Shown piece by piece: positions 30,472 to 39,913 of a DNA stretch of 64,000 nt (its first letter is position 1; every line of letters starts with the position of its first letter). The translations under genes were made by a program, and so were the position numbers. Under the pieces are notes generated by a model. It was not told the DNA's origin. It searched no databases and saw only the letters and a list, made by a program, of their open reading frames with translations. The DNA is from Microcoleus sp. GTDB taxonomy: Bacteria; Cyanobacteriota; Cyanobacteriia; Cyanobacteriales; Microcoleaceae. Where the stretch lies: assembly GCA_042408215.1 (NCBI GenBank), contig JAYFMW010000008.1, forward strand, positions 192,001 through 256,000, written 5' to 3'.

Positions 30472-33400
30472 GTGACCTACGAACCCCTCCACCACAAATA
30501 TCGCCCCCAGAGCTTTGCCGAATTAGTCGGTCAAGAGGCGATCGCCCAAACCCTCACCAGCGCCATCCTGCAAGATCGGATAGCACCAGCATATCTATTT
30601 ACCGGCCCCAGAGGCACCGGTAAAACCTCTAGTGCTAGGATTTTTGCGAAATCCCTCAACTGTATTTCTACCGGCGCTCCCACCCCGACACCCTGCGGCA
30701 AATGCAACGTTTGTCAAGAAATTGCCAGAGGTTCCACACTAGATGTCATCGAAATTGACGCCGCCAGCAACACAGGAGTAGATAACATCCGAGATTTGAT
30801 TGAACGGGCCCAATTTTCCCCGGTGCAATGCCGCTATAAAGTATATGTGATCGACGAGTGTTTGACTGGTGATTCTCAGGTGCAAACTAGCGAAGGTCTA
30901 ATCCGCATAGATAATCCCAAAATCAAAGGAAAAAAAGTCCTCAGCTATAACGAAAGCTCAGAAGTTTGGGAATTTAAAAAAGTTTTAAGGTGGTTAGAAC
31001 AGGGTGAGAAACCAACACTGGTTATTAAGACGAGCCATCGAGAAATCAGATGCACCGGCAATCACTTAATCAGAACCGAACAAGGATGGATACCAGCAAA
31101 AGACGTAAAAGAAGGAGTGAAGATACTATCCCCTGTGAATGTGGGTGCGGCACCCTCATTCACAAAATTGGAACAGATGGACGCTTGCGGAGATTTGCCA
31201 GAGGACATCAATTTTACGGGAATACCTACGGACAAAAATCCTACGACTTGGCCTCTATTCTCGAACAGGCTCAAGCCATCCGACCTCTCTGTGCGTGTGG
31301 CTGTGGAGAACAACTCGAAATACCAGACTTTTTACAAAAAAAAGGCAAAGGGATTAAGAGCATTCAGTCTCATTGGCCGCGACATCCCTATAAAAAAGGA
31401 CATGGACTTTGGGATGCAAGAACGGAAAAGTTCTTGGCAAATGCCGAAGTTTTGCAACCAGAAACACTCGGACTCATTTACGGAACATTGCTTGGAGACG
31501 GTTCTATCACATACCCAAATAAATATAGCCGATTTCCAAGATTGGGCTGGACACACGGAGAAACGCAGCGGGAATGGTTGGAATACAAAGCCTCTTGCCT
31601 TTCGACACTGCGACCAAATTTACGAGTTACACCTAACCAAGGATACGGAAATATATCAGTCTGTTGCAACACAGTCTGCCATCCCCAACTTAGAGATGTC
31701 TTTGACGCTGTTAAACCCAACGGAAAAGGAAAATACGTCACAATGGATTGGCTCGATTGCATCACTCCCGAAGGACTTACTTGGTGGTACATGGATGATG
31801 GAGCGCTCAGCATTTCGCCAGAAGGAAGTCCAAATATTCAAATTCATACAGAAGGATATTCTGGGGAAGAAAATCAACTCATTGCCAAGTGGCTTACAGG
31901 CTTGGGATACCCAACAACAACCAAGTTTTACACAAGGTCTAACACAGGTAAAACCTACCACTACATACATATGGGCGCTGAAACCAGCAGAAAATGGGTC
32001 GCAGACTTTAAACAGTATTCAATCCCTTCAATGGATTACAAATTCGGAGAAGGTAGAATCTGTAAAAGTCGTTGGGGTAGAGAAAGTTTATGACATAGAA
32101 GTAGAAGACAACCATAACTTTGTCGCTAACGGTCTTCTGGTTCATAATTGCCATATGCTAAGCACCCAGGCATTCAACTCTCTCTTAAAAACCTTAGAAG
32201 AACCACCAAATCGCGTCGTCTTCGTCCTCGCAACAACGGACCCTCAAAGAGTCTTACCAACCATTATTTCCCGCTGTCAAAGATTCGATTTCCGCCGCAT
32301 CGCCCTCCACTCAATGACCGCCCACCTGCACAAAATCGCCCAATTAGAAAATATCAATATTGCCAGCGACGCAGTACAAATGGTTGCTCAACTAGCCCAA
32401 GGAGGACTGCGAGATGCCGAAAGTTTGCTCGATCAACTGAGCTTATTTCCCGGTGAAATCACAGTCGAAAAAGTTTGGGATTTAGTCGGCGCAGTCCCCG
32501 AAAACGACTTAATGGAACTGCTGCAAGCTATTGACAAAGACGACGCTACAGCCTTAGTAGACATGACCCGTCACCTGATGGATCGCGGCCGAGAACCGCT
32601 GATTGTACTTCAGAATCTCGCCAGTTTTTACCGAGATTTGTTAATAGCCAAAGCAGCACCAAAACGGTCAGACTTAGTAGCTTTAACCAGCGGAACTTGG
32701 GAGAAACTTTGCAATTTTGCCCGCCATTGGGATGCCGAGTTAATTTTGGCTGGTCAGAAACACTTGCAAACCCACGAAGTGCAAATTAAAAACACCACTC
32801 AGCCACGTTTGTGGCTGGAAGTAACGCTATTGGGATTATTACCCTCAGCCATTAGAACTCAGCAGCAACCAGCAAATAAACCAGCACAAAATACTAATCC
32901 AGCACAAATTCACCCCCCCCAACCCCCCCTTGCTAAGGGGGGGAGTCAGATATCTAATATTGCAGAATCTTCAATTCCGAATGTGCAACATCCTCCGACG
33001 ACTTCGCCGCCTATTGCTAATCGCACAGAAAACACATCTACCGCACCGATTCGAGAACCTATACCAACCGCTGAAACTAATTCTTTTTCCACTAACTCAA
33101 CCAATATTACACCGGATGAAATTGATCTAAATCGAGTGTGGGAACAGGTACTTGCTCGCGTGCGACCCCACGGTACTCAATCGCTGCTTCGCCAACATGG
33201 ACATCTAGTAAGTTTTAGCAATGATACTGCTTCTGTTAACATTAATTCGCCGCAGTTGCTCAAGATGGTTAAAGACAAAGTAGCTAATATTGAAGAGGCT
33301 TTTTTGCAAATCTTTAACCGTCGAGTCGCAGTGCAATTGGGTTTAAAGAATTCTAATCAAACTAATAGTTTAGAACCCAAGGATTTGCCAACTTCTAACG

Positions 33401-33831
33401 GAGGTGTTGGCGAAAATTCTCGGAATTTTAATCCTGTGGGTGATGCTAATCAACAGGTGCAGAATTATGGGAATTATGGGAGTTCTGAGATTCCTGATAA
33501 TTTGTTGAGGAATGGGGGAGAAGCACAAAAACAGTCGCCAGCCCCTGAAAATAATAGCGCCAAGCTGTCAAATGTTTCTGAACCAGTCCGGCCGAACAAT
33601 GGGTCGATCGCCTCTGGGAATAGCTCTAACCTTGAGGCTGTAGGGATACGCGCTGACGCACAAGATGTAGTCAATTCCGCTAGGGTGTTGGCTGAAATGT
33701 TTGACGGGGAAGTAGTCGATTTGTCAAATGAGTTAGAGATTTGGGAGTCGCAGAGTTTTAACTTGGAATCTGAACCGGATTTTCCTGAGTTATCTTCTGA
33801 GTCCGATCGGGATGATTTCGTCGATTGGTAA
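30472..33831 (+). CDS. dnaX: DNA polymerase III subunit gamma/tau, intein-containing
   Basis: LHHKYRPQSF, GPRGTGKTS, EIDAASNTGVD, YVIDE|intein|CHMLSTQAFNSLLKTLEEPP. Confidence 0.98.
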   Translation: MTYEPLHHKYRPQSFAELVGQEAIAQTLTSAILQDRIAPAYLFTGPRGTGKTSSARIFAKSLNCISTGAPTPTPCGKCNVCQEIARGSTLDVIEIDAASNTGVDNIRDLIERAQFSPVQCRYKVYVIDECLTGDSQVQTSEGLIRIDNPKIKGKKVLSYNESSEVWEFKKVLRWLEQGEKPTLVIKTSHREIRCTGNHLIRTEQGWIPAKDVKEGVKILSPVNVGAAPSFTKLEQMDACGDLPEDINFTGIPTDKNPTTWPLFSNRLKPSDLSVRVAVENNSKYQTFYKKKAKGLRAFSLIGRDIPIKKDMDFGMQERKSSWQMPKFCNQKHSDSFTEHCLETVLSHTQINIADFQDWAGHTEKRSGNGWNTKPLAFRHCDQIYELHLTKDTEIYQSVATQSAIPNLEMSLTLLNPTEKENTSQWIGSIASLPKDLLGGTWMMERSAFRQKEVQIFKFIQKDILGKKINSLPSGLQAWDTQQQPSFTQGLTQVKPTTTYIWALKPAENGSQTLNSIQSLQWITNSEKVESVKVVGVEKVYDIEVEDNHNFVANGLLVHNCHMLSTQAFNSLLKTLEEPPNRVVFVLATTDPQRVLPTIISRCQRFDFRRIALHSMTAHLHKIAQLENINIASDAVQMVAQLAQGGLRDAESLLDQLSLFPGEITVEKVWDLVGAVPENDLMELLQAIDKDDATALVDMTRHLMDRGREPLIVLQNLASFYRDLLIAKAAPKRSDLVALTSGTWEKLCNFARHWDAELILAGQKHLQTHEVQIKNTTQPRLWLEVTLLGLLPSAIRTQQQPANKPAQNTNPAQIHPPQPPLAKGGSQISNIAESSIPNVQHPPTTSPPIANRTENTSTAPIREPIPTAETNSFSTNSTNITPDEIDLNRVWEQVLARVRPHGTQSLLRQHGHLVSFSNDTASVNINSPQLLKMVKDKVANIEEAFLQIFNRRVAVQLGLKNSNQTNSLEPKDLPTSNGGVGENSRNFNPVGDANQQVQNYGNYGSSEIPDNLLRNGGEAQKQSPAPENNSAKLSNVSEPVRPNNGSIASGNSSNLEAVGIRADAQDVVNSARVLAEMFDGEVVDLSNELEIWESQSFNLESEPDFPELSSESDRDDFVDW
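30859..32148 (+). mobile_element. DnaX intein, 430 aa
   Basis: Starts CLTGDSQV, block B IRCTGNH, ends VYDIEVEDNHNFVANGLLVHN followed by extein Cys; inserted in the Walker B motif. Confidence 0.97.
31050..32093 (+). CDS. LAGLIDADG homing endonuclease with two CxCGCG motifs, encoded out of frame inside the intein
   Basis: 347-aa ORF offset +2 from dnaX; IYGTLLGDGSI and LTWWYMDDGAL helices; CECGCG and CACGCG; alternative start ATG at 31086. Confidence 0.9.
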   Translation: MHRQSLNQNRTRMDTSKRRKRRSEDTIPCECGCGTLIHKIGTDGRLRRFARGHQFYGNTYGQKSYDLASILEQAQAIRPLCACGCGEQLEIPDFLQKKGKGIKSIQSHWPRHPYKKGHGLWDARTEKFLANAEVLQPETLGLIYGTLLGDGSITYPNKYSRFPRLGWTHGETQREWLEYKASCLSTLRPNLRVTPNQGYGNISVCCNTVCHPQLRDVFDAVKPNGKGKYVTMDWLDCITPEGLTWWYMDDGALSISPEGSPNIQIHTEGYSGEENQLIAKWLTGLGYPTTTKFYTRSNTGKTYHYIHMGAETSRKWVADFKQYSIPSMDYKFGEGRICKSRWGRESL

Positions 33832-33956
33832 TTGGGAATTGGGCAATTTTACATTTTAGATATTCATCTGCGTTAATCTGTGTTGATCTGCCTATATCTG
33901 CGGTTAAAAAAAGAAATTTTCTTAACCGCAGATGAAAATTGACAATGTAAAAAATT

Positions 33957-35312
33957 TTAAGCTGACTCCGGTTTTGGTAGGGAAGACGGAAGTACCAACA
34001 ACTCAGCAGTCGATCGCTTCTCGACCATTTCCTTAGTAATCATACACCGAGTGACATCCTTGCGCGACGGCAACTCATACATGACATCCAACATCAACTC
34101 TTCGACAATTCCCCTGAGTGCCCGCGCCCCAGTTTTGCGTCGGTATGCTTCCTGGGCGATCGCCCGAACTGCATCCATCTTAAACTCCAACTGCACATTA
34201 TCCATCTTCAGCAGCTTTTGATACTGCTTAACCAAAGCATTACGCGGTTCCGTCAAAATCGCCATCAGCGTTTCCTCATCCAGGGGGTCTAACACCGCAG
34301 CCACCGGTACCCGCCCAATAAACTCAGGAATCATCCCAAACTTCACCAAATCATCCGGTTCCAGTTGCTTGAGTACATCAGCAGCCCGCTTTTCCTTCGG
34401 CTGAGCTTCTCCCGGCTGAATAAAACCCATTGACTTTTTACCCGTTCTCTGCTCTATCACTTTTTCCAGACCGACAAAAGCCCCACCGCAGATAAACATG
34501 ATATTGCTAGTGTCAATTTGGATGCAGTCTTGATAGGGATGCTTGCGGCCGCCTTGGGGAGGTACATTGGCGATCGTCCCTTCCAGCATCTTCAACAGCG
34601 CCTGCTGCACCCCTTCACCCGACACATCCCGCGTAATCGAAGGATTTTCGCTCTTACGAGCAATTTTGTCAATTTCATCAATATAAATTATCCCGCGCTG
34701 CGCCTCTTCCACATCCATATCTGCCACTTGTAGCAGGCGCAGCAAAATATTTTCCACATCTTCCCCAACGTAGCCCGCTTCCGTCAGCGTCGTCGCGTCA
34801 GCCACCGCAAATGGCACATCCAGCATATCTGCCAAAGTCTGAGCCAGCAGAGTTTTGCCACAACCAGTCGGCCCGATTAACAGAATATTGGACTTTTGCA
34901 GTTCTACTTCTTCCGGTGGGTGCTTGCCGCTATTTTTGCTATGAATAAAACTCAGGCGCTTGTAGTGGTTGTAAACCGCCACCGACAACACCTTTTTCGC
35001 CTCATCTTGGCCGATGACATTTTCGTCGAGATAATTTTTAATTTCCCTCGGCTTCGGAATTTGGCTCATCGAGATACTTTTGCCGGAATTAGCACGGCGC
35101 TTTTGGGTCGTTTCCTGCTTCGGAGGCTTCGGAGGCGTCGCCGCCGCCGCCGGCACTGCACTAGAGTCAAACAACTCCTCATCTAAAATTTCATTGCACA
35201 AGTCAACACATTCATCACAGATATAAACCCCAGGCCCTGCGATCAACTTGCGTACCTGCTCTTGAGACTTGCCACAAAAGGAACATTTTAGATTGGAGTC
35301 GTATTTAGACAT
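33957..35312 (-). CDS. clpX: ATP-dependent Clp protease ATPase ClpX
   Basis: [39 protein letters not shown]. Confidence 0.98.
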   Translation of the reverse strand: MSKYDSNLKCSFCGKSQEQVRKLIAGPGVYICDECVDLCNEILDEELFDSSAVPAAAATPPKPPKQETTQKRRANSGKSISMSQIPKPREIKNYLDENVIGQDEAKKVLSVAVYNHYKRLSFIHSKNSGKHPPEEVELQKSNILLIGPTGCGKTLLAQTLADMLDVPFAVADATTLTEAGYVGEDVENILLRLLQVADMDVEEAQRGIIYIDEIDKIARKSENPSITRDVSGEGVQQALLKMLEGTIANVPPQGGRKHPYQDCIQIDTSNIMFICGGAFVGLEKVIEQRTGKKSMGFIQPGEAQPKEKRAADVLKQLEPDDLVKFGMIPEFIGRVPVAAVLDPLDEETLMAILTEPRNALVKQYQKLLKMDNVQLEFKMDAVRAIAQEAYRRKTGARALRGIVEELMLDVMYELPSRKDVTRCMITKEMVEKRSTAELLVLPSSLPKPESA

Positions 35313-35357
35313 AACAGCCGATACTTTTTTGCTAACGTTTACTAACAAACACATAAG

Positions 35358-36929
35358 TTAAATCGCTAAAAAGCTTTTCAACCAAGGCGTATCAACCAAT
35401 GCCCGAAGGAAAATCCCACGAGCACCATTTAGATCCCGGTTCATCTGATTTCCATCAGAATCTTTAATCGTTCTACTACCACCAATCTTTTTGACTTCTC
35501 CAGTCCATGAAACAGTCTTTGAAGTGTAAGCTTCGTTGATAGAAGTTAAAGCAACTTTGCCCTGCTCCCAAGCTTTCCACTCTAGATGTTTTTTAAACTG
35601 ATAATGACTCAGAGTCAGCATTTGACGAACAGTCTTAGAACGAATCTTACGACGTGACTTGCTCACCATCTGAGAAGACTTAAACGATGGAAGTAATATC
35701 ACATCAAAATTATCAACTAAAAATTTAGCAGTCTTGTGATGCAACTCTTTGACAAGATGTTGAATCTTAGACTTTAATCTGTCCGCTGCTTTCTTGAGTC
35801 TTTTGCGTTGTGGGCTAGAAGTTTTACTCATCCTTGACATCAACTTATCTAACCTGAAACACAACTTTTGAATCAAAAGATTAGCATCATTCCCAATCCA
35901 TCCATAGAAAGATTCAGAAAAGAAGGTCATGAACGTTCTAACACCGGGGTCTAAGGCAACCACGCGACCTTGGTTGTCGGTTCGTTGTGGTTGCACTTTT
36001 TCAGATGTAACAATGTAATACTCGCCATAGGTAAGCGTTAACCGTCCATCGCTGAAGTCTTCGGGTAATCCCTCTTTCAGCTTTGATTGACCCAGTTTTG
36101 TCTGATAAATTCCTTTCGACCCAATTGCCGACTTCGGAATATAAAGAGATTGCTTTGTATTTTTTCGACTACGAAATTTGCAACTACAAATTTTACCAGT
36201 TTTCTTGAAGTCTGCTTTAGCTTTTTTGACAGCCTCGCAAGCATCCTTAATGGCAATCGATTTGATTTGAAACGGTACTGGTTTTGCCCAGTCAGGCAAT
36301 CCATTAAGTATGTCCGTTTTGATTGACATCCAACTGGCTTTAGTGCCTGGTTGCTGCAAGTATTTGATTGTCACGTTGTACACGTAACGACTCACGCCAA
36401 ACCACTGCTTCAGTATTGCTTTTTGTTCAGACTTTAGGAATAGTCGGATCTTCTTTGATTTTCTGACTGTAACTCCGCCGGGAGTGCATTCGGCAACGGT
36501 CGCCCTGAACGATGGCAAGAAGATCCGCTGTGAGTTCGGACTCTGGGCCGTGAACAGGATTTGCGAGAACCAGGATCGAGCCACCGTTTTGTTTTGCCAT
36601 GAACTCGAAAAGTTCAAATCCGAATCTGCTTTAGATGTCTCGACAGGCAATAACAACCGTGAGCTTATCCCCGCGCACAAATCTGACCAGTAGGGCTTGC
36701 AGTCCTTTTCTCTTGAAGTTGAGTCCCGATCCAATATCTTGGATGATTTCTGAGTCGGGGTATCGCTCTGGCATAAATTCAACTTGTCTTTCGAGGTCGT
36801 CTTTTTGCTTGGCACTACTGACTCGACAATAGCAGATGACTGAGCAGATGCTTCCATCTTTTTGGTAGGAGTCAACGTCGTAGAGGCGTTGTCCTGCTCC
36901 ATTTTTGATTGATTTGATCTGCCCTTCAT
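35358..36929 (-). CDS. tnpB: RNA-guided nuclease TnpB (IS607-associated, rearranged RuvC); true start uncertain
   Basis: KKIRLFL..EQK..LKQWFGVSRYVYN, VVALDPGVRTF, ILLPSF, INEAYTSKT, NRDLNGARGI. Confidence 0.92.
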   Translation of the reverse strand: MKGRSNQSKMEQDNASTTLTPTKKMEASAQSSAIVESVVPSKKTTSKDKLNLCQSDTPTQKSSKILDRDSTSREKDCKPYWSDLCAGISSRLLLPVETSKADSDLNFSSSWQNKTVARSWFSQILFTAQSPNSQRIFLPSFRATVAECTPGGVTVRKSKKIRLFLKSEQKAILKQWFGVSRYVYNVTIKYLQQPGTKASWMSIKTDILNGLPDWAKPVPFQIKSIAIKDACEAVKKAKADFKKTGKICSCKFRSRKNTKQSLYIPKSAIGSKGIYQTKLGQSKLKEGLPEDFSDGRLTLTYGEYYIVTSEKVQPQRTDNQGRVVALDPGVRTFMTFFSESFYGWIGNDANLLIQKLCFRLDKLMSRMSKTSSPQRKRLKKAADRLKSKIQHLVKELHHKTAKFLVDNFDVILLPSFKSSQMVSKSRRKIRSKTVRQMLTLSHYQFKKHLEWKAWEQGKVALTSINEAYTSKTVSWTGEVKKIGGSRTIKDSDGNQMNRDLNGARGIFLRALVDTPWLKSFLAI

Positions 36930-37002
36930 CTGCGTACTTCCTTAAAGTGTTTGGATGCAATCCTAGAAATTCGACTGCTTTTCTAATCGGTATGTATGCT
37001 AT
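36427..37002 (-). pseudogene. tnpA: IS607 TnpA serine recombinase with a premature stop
   Basis: ATA in the expected start position (IAYIPIRKAVEFLGLHPNTLRKYAD), YCRVSSAKQKDDL, DIGSGLNFKRKG; TAA at 36633-36631 in CRDI*SRFGFELF; the frame then continues ELTADLLAI to TGA at 36429-36427. Confidence 0.88.
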
Positions 37003-37073
37003 GAATCAAAGATATTGCATTTGTTTGCAAATATCAATGACTGTTAGGAAATTAACTACTGTGGATCAACCTC

Positions 37074-37763
37074 TTATTTCAGTGCAGTGACATTCTCTCC
37101 CGCCGCCGGAAGATTTTCCTTAGCGATGACTTTATCGACCAATCCATAATCTTTGGCTTCAGCCGCTGACATGAAAAAGTCGCGTTCAGTATCAGCCTCT
37201 AATTTATCGATCGGTTGACCTGTGTGGTGCGCTAACAGTTCATTCAACTTACGTTTATGATAAAGGATTTCTTTGGCTTGAATCTCAATATCAACTGCTT
37301 GACCTTGAGCGCCTCCCAGTGGCTGGTGAATCATAATTCTCGAACTGGGAAGAGACATCCGCTTGCCGGCGGCTCCTGCTGTCAGCAGAAATGCGCCCAT
37401 ACTCGCAGCCAAACCGTAACAAATCGTTACCATATCGGGGCGGATTTGCTGCATCGTGTCATAAATTGCCATGCCGGCTGTCACCGAGCCGCCGGGGGAA
37501 TTGATGTACATTTGGATGTCTTTTTCCGGGTCTTCGGCATCTAGATACAGTAGCTGAGCCACTATCGAGTCTGCCACTTCGTCAGTTACGGGGGTTCCCA
37601 GAAACACAATTCGCTCCCGCAGCAAGCGCGAGTAAATGTCAAAGGCTCGCTCGCCCATCCCCGACTGTTCTAGTACCATCGGCACTACGTTGCTGGGGTG
37701 GTCGCTGACCTCAAAATTGTTATAGCTTGTGATTAGGTAGTTGGAAGATTGAGATACAACCAT
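37074..37763 (-). CDS. clpP: ATP-dependent Clp protease proteolytic subunit
   Basis: [41 protein letters not shown]. Confidence 0.98.
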   Translation of the reverse strand: MVVSQSSNYLITSYNNFEVSDHPSNVVPMVLEQSGMGERAFDIYSRLLRERIVFLGTPVTDEVADSIVAQLLYLDAEDPEKDIQMYINSPGGSVTAGMAIYDTMQQIRPDMVTICYGLAASMGAFLLTAGAAGKRMSLPSSRIMIHQPLGGAQGQAVDIEIQAKEILYHKRKLNELLAHHTGQPIDKLEADTERDFFMSAAEAKDYGLVDKVIAKENLPAAGENVTALK

Positions 37764-37856
37764 AAGACACCAGTCAAGGATTATAGACTATTTACGGCTG
37801 ATGAAAGCTTGAAATTAAGCCGCCAGCTTTTAACTATTATGCCTCTTCTAGACAGA

Positions 37857-37995
37857 GATTGGGAGATTGGGAATTGGGAATCGGGAATTGGGAATCGGGA
37901 ATCGGGAATTGGGAATTGGAAATCGATCGCCAATAACTCTTCCCTCTTCCTTCTTCCCTCTTCCTTCTTCCCTCTTCCTTCTTCCTTCTTCCTTG
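37857..37995. repeat. STRR heptamer arrays (GGGAATT/C, TTCCTTC)
   Basis: Tandem 7-mers between tig and clpP. Confidence 0.85.
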
Positions 37996-38000
37996 GGGTG

Positions 38001-39419
38001 CTACTCTTCCCCTACAACTTCAACTTCAACAGTTGTGGATGCTTCTGAAGTTTCTGCATCATCTGCATCATCATCGGATTCATCTACTGCGGGAGTCAGA
38101 GAACCTTCTGGTACGAGTTCGATCGTCCCTTGTGCTTCCAACCAGGTGAGGGTTTTTTGTTTGAGCAAGTCTTCTCGGACAAATTCCTGCAACCTTTCGG
38201 GGTCAAAATCTCCTTTCGGAAACTGCTTTCTGACGCTTGCTACTTCTGCTGCTACTTCTGCTGCTTCCACAGACAAAGATTCCAGCTTGGCTATTTCTGC
38301 CAGAGCTAGAGACTGCTTGAGCCTGGCGATCGCCTCTGGACGCGAGCGTTCCCGCATCGGTCCCATATTTGCTTCGGTAAACAGTTGGTTGATATCTATG
38401 CCGTAATTTTTCAATTGGGTGGCTTGTTGGTTCAGCAAGAAATCTATTTCGCGAGCGAGCATTGTTTCGGGAATTTCCACTTCTACTAGCTGCACCAGTG
38501 CTTCTAATATGGCTTTTTCTTTATTAGCTGAAGTTTGGCGCTCTTGGTCTCCTTTAAACCGAGTTTCGAGGGATGCGCGCAGTTCTGCTAAGGTTTGAAA
38601 CTCGCTAACTTCTTGGGCGAAATCGTCGTCCAATTCCGGCAATTCTTTTTCCTTAAGTTCTTTGAGAGTAATCGTAAAGACTGCGGGTTTTCCGGCTAAT
38701 TCTTCACTGCTGTACTCATCGGGAAACTGCACAGAAACTTCTCTTGTTTCTCCCGGATTCATCCCGATCATGCCTTGGACAAAACCAGGTACGAACTGAT
38801 TTTCCGATAATTCTACTTGAAAGTCTTCTGCTTGACCGCCGGGGATTTCTGCGGGTGTTTCGTCGCCCGGTGCGTCTGCAAATCTGCCAGAGAAATCAAC
38901 CAAAGCCATATCTCCTGTTTGAGCTGGCCGGCCTTCTACGGGGATTAAAGCTGCTTTGTCCGATCGATATTTTGCCAATACCTCATCTACCTGAGCCTCA
39001 TCATACTTAGCTTCTTCTGCTTTCAGCTCCAAGCCAGTGTATTGACCCAGTTTGACTTCTGGTGCTACGTCAACCTTGGCTGTAAAGGTTAGAGGCTGTT
39101 CTGGATCGAACTTAGATAGTAACTCTTCAAACTCGATCGCCAGTTCAAAACTGCCAATGGCTGCAATTTTTTCTTGTTCGAGGGCTTTTTGTAGAGAGTC
39201 ATTAATCAAATTTTCCAAAGCCGTCGCCTTCAAGCGAGTATGGCCTATGCGCTGTAGCAAAACTTGGCGGGGAACTTTGCCTTTGCGGAACCCAGGAATG
39301 TTAATTTCGCGAGCAAATTGTTTAATTACTTGCTCGTAGGCTTGTTTTGACTTTTCTGATGGTACTTCGATTTCCAGACTAATTTGGCTAGCTGGAAGTT
39401 TTTCCTGGGTTACTTTCAT
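38001..39419 (-). CDS. tig: Trigger factor
   Basis: MKVTQEKLPASQ, IPGFRKGKVP, FKBP-like middle domain. Confidence 0.97.
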   Translation of the reverse strand: MKVTQEKLPASQISLEIEVPSEKSKQAYEQVIKQFAREINIPGFRKGKVPRQVLLQRIGHTRLKATALENLINDSLQKALEQEKIAAIGSFELAIEFEELLSKFDPEQPLTFTAKVDVAPEVKLGQYTGLELKAEEAKYDEAQVDEVLAKYRSDKAALIPVEGRPAQTGDMALVDFSGRFADAPGDETPAEIPGGQAEDFQVELSENQFVPGFVQGMIGMNPGETREVSVQFPDEYSSEELAGKPAVFTITLKELKEKELPELDDDFAQEVSEFQTLAELRASLETRFKGDQERQTSANKEKAILEALVQLVEVEIPETMLAREIDFLLNQQATQLKNYGIDINQLFTEANMGPMRERSRPEAIARLKQSLALAEIAKLESLSVEAAEVAAEVASVRKQFPKGDFDPERLQEFVREDLLKQKTLTWLEAQGTIELVPEGSLTPAVDESDDDADDAETSEASTTVEVEVVGEE

Positions 39420-39445
39420 TGACTTTTTTGATATTTAACAAGAGT

Positions 39446-39913
39446 TTGACACTCCCCAGCTATCAAGGCATGAGGATTCTTGGTTCACAGATACACCTTT
39501 AAATTACCTATCCTTTCGGCATTACTTAAACCTAAAACCCGTTCGATAGAACCAAGTTTCGAGCATAACTTAGACAAGGACCGAGGGCTGATCTCCCCAA
39601 GCTTTAAGAGATTTCTCTCTTTGTTGACCTGTACCCCACGGTACATTTTATCTACAAAAATTTATTTTTCTGATGAACGGGTATACGTTAGTTTCCCCAG
39701 CTATGTTTATCGTGGTTTTCGCCGCCCACTAACTATTATTATTTCCTAGCCAGTCGTTTTGGGATTGACTACCCATTCGATGCTCGCGGTTATTCTACCT
39801 GTAGTATTATTCTATTTTACCATGCTATTAACATGATGGCCGAAAACGAAAGAAAAATGAATCTGGATAATTAAAGCCTTCCTAAAAGGACGGGGCTTTT
39901 ACCCAATTTTCCG
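39446..39913 (-). mobile_element. Non-autonomous IS200/IS605-type element (no transposase or TnpB ORF), ~468 bp
   Basis: Minus strand: TTAC target motif then left-end hairpin AAAAGCCCCGTCCTTTTAGGAAGGCTTT; right end GAATCCTCATGCCTTGATAGCTGGGGAGTGTCAA ending in TCAA. Confidence 0.7.

Larger units (their letters stand above)
35318..37069 (-). mobile_element. IS607-family insertion sequence (tnpA + tnpB), about 1.75 kb
   Basis: Serine-recombinase tnpA and tnpB; GG dinucleotide at both junctions (...TAAGAGG|TTGATCC and ...GTATCGG|CTGTTATG on the minus strand). Confidence 0.9.

Noticed and set aside
31050..31130. Programmed -1 frameshift site feeding the endonuclease frame
   Set aside because: No canonical X XXY YYZ slippery heptamer seen before the first CxCGCG motif; not excluded, but unsupported.
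35313..35354. N-terminal extension of ClpX in the ORF track
   Set aside because: Derived from the IS607 right end; the recognisable ClpX start is MSKYD at 35312.
37003..37069. IS607 as an IStron (group I intron hybrid)
   Set aside because: Only ~67 nt between the left end and tnpA, too short for a group I core.
39480..39749. 89-aa ORF upstream of tig
   Set aside because: Lies antisense within the IS605-like miniature element and has no protein motifs.
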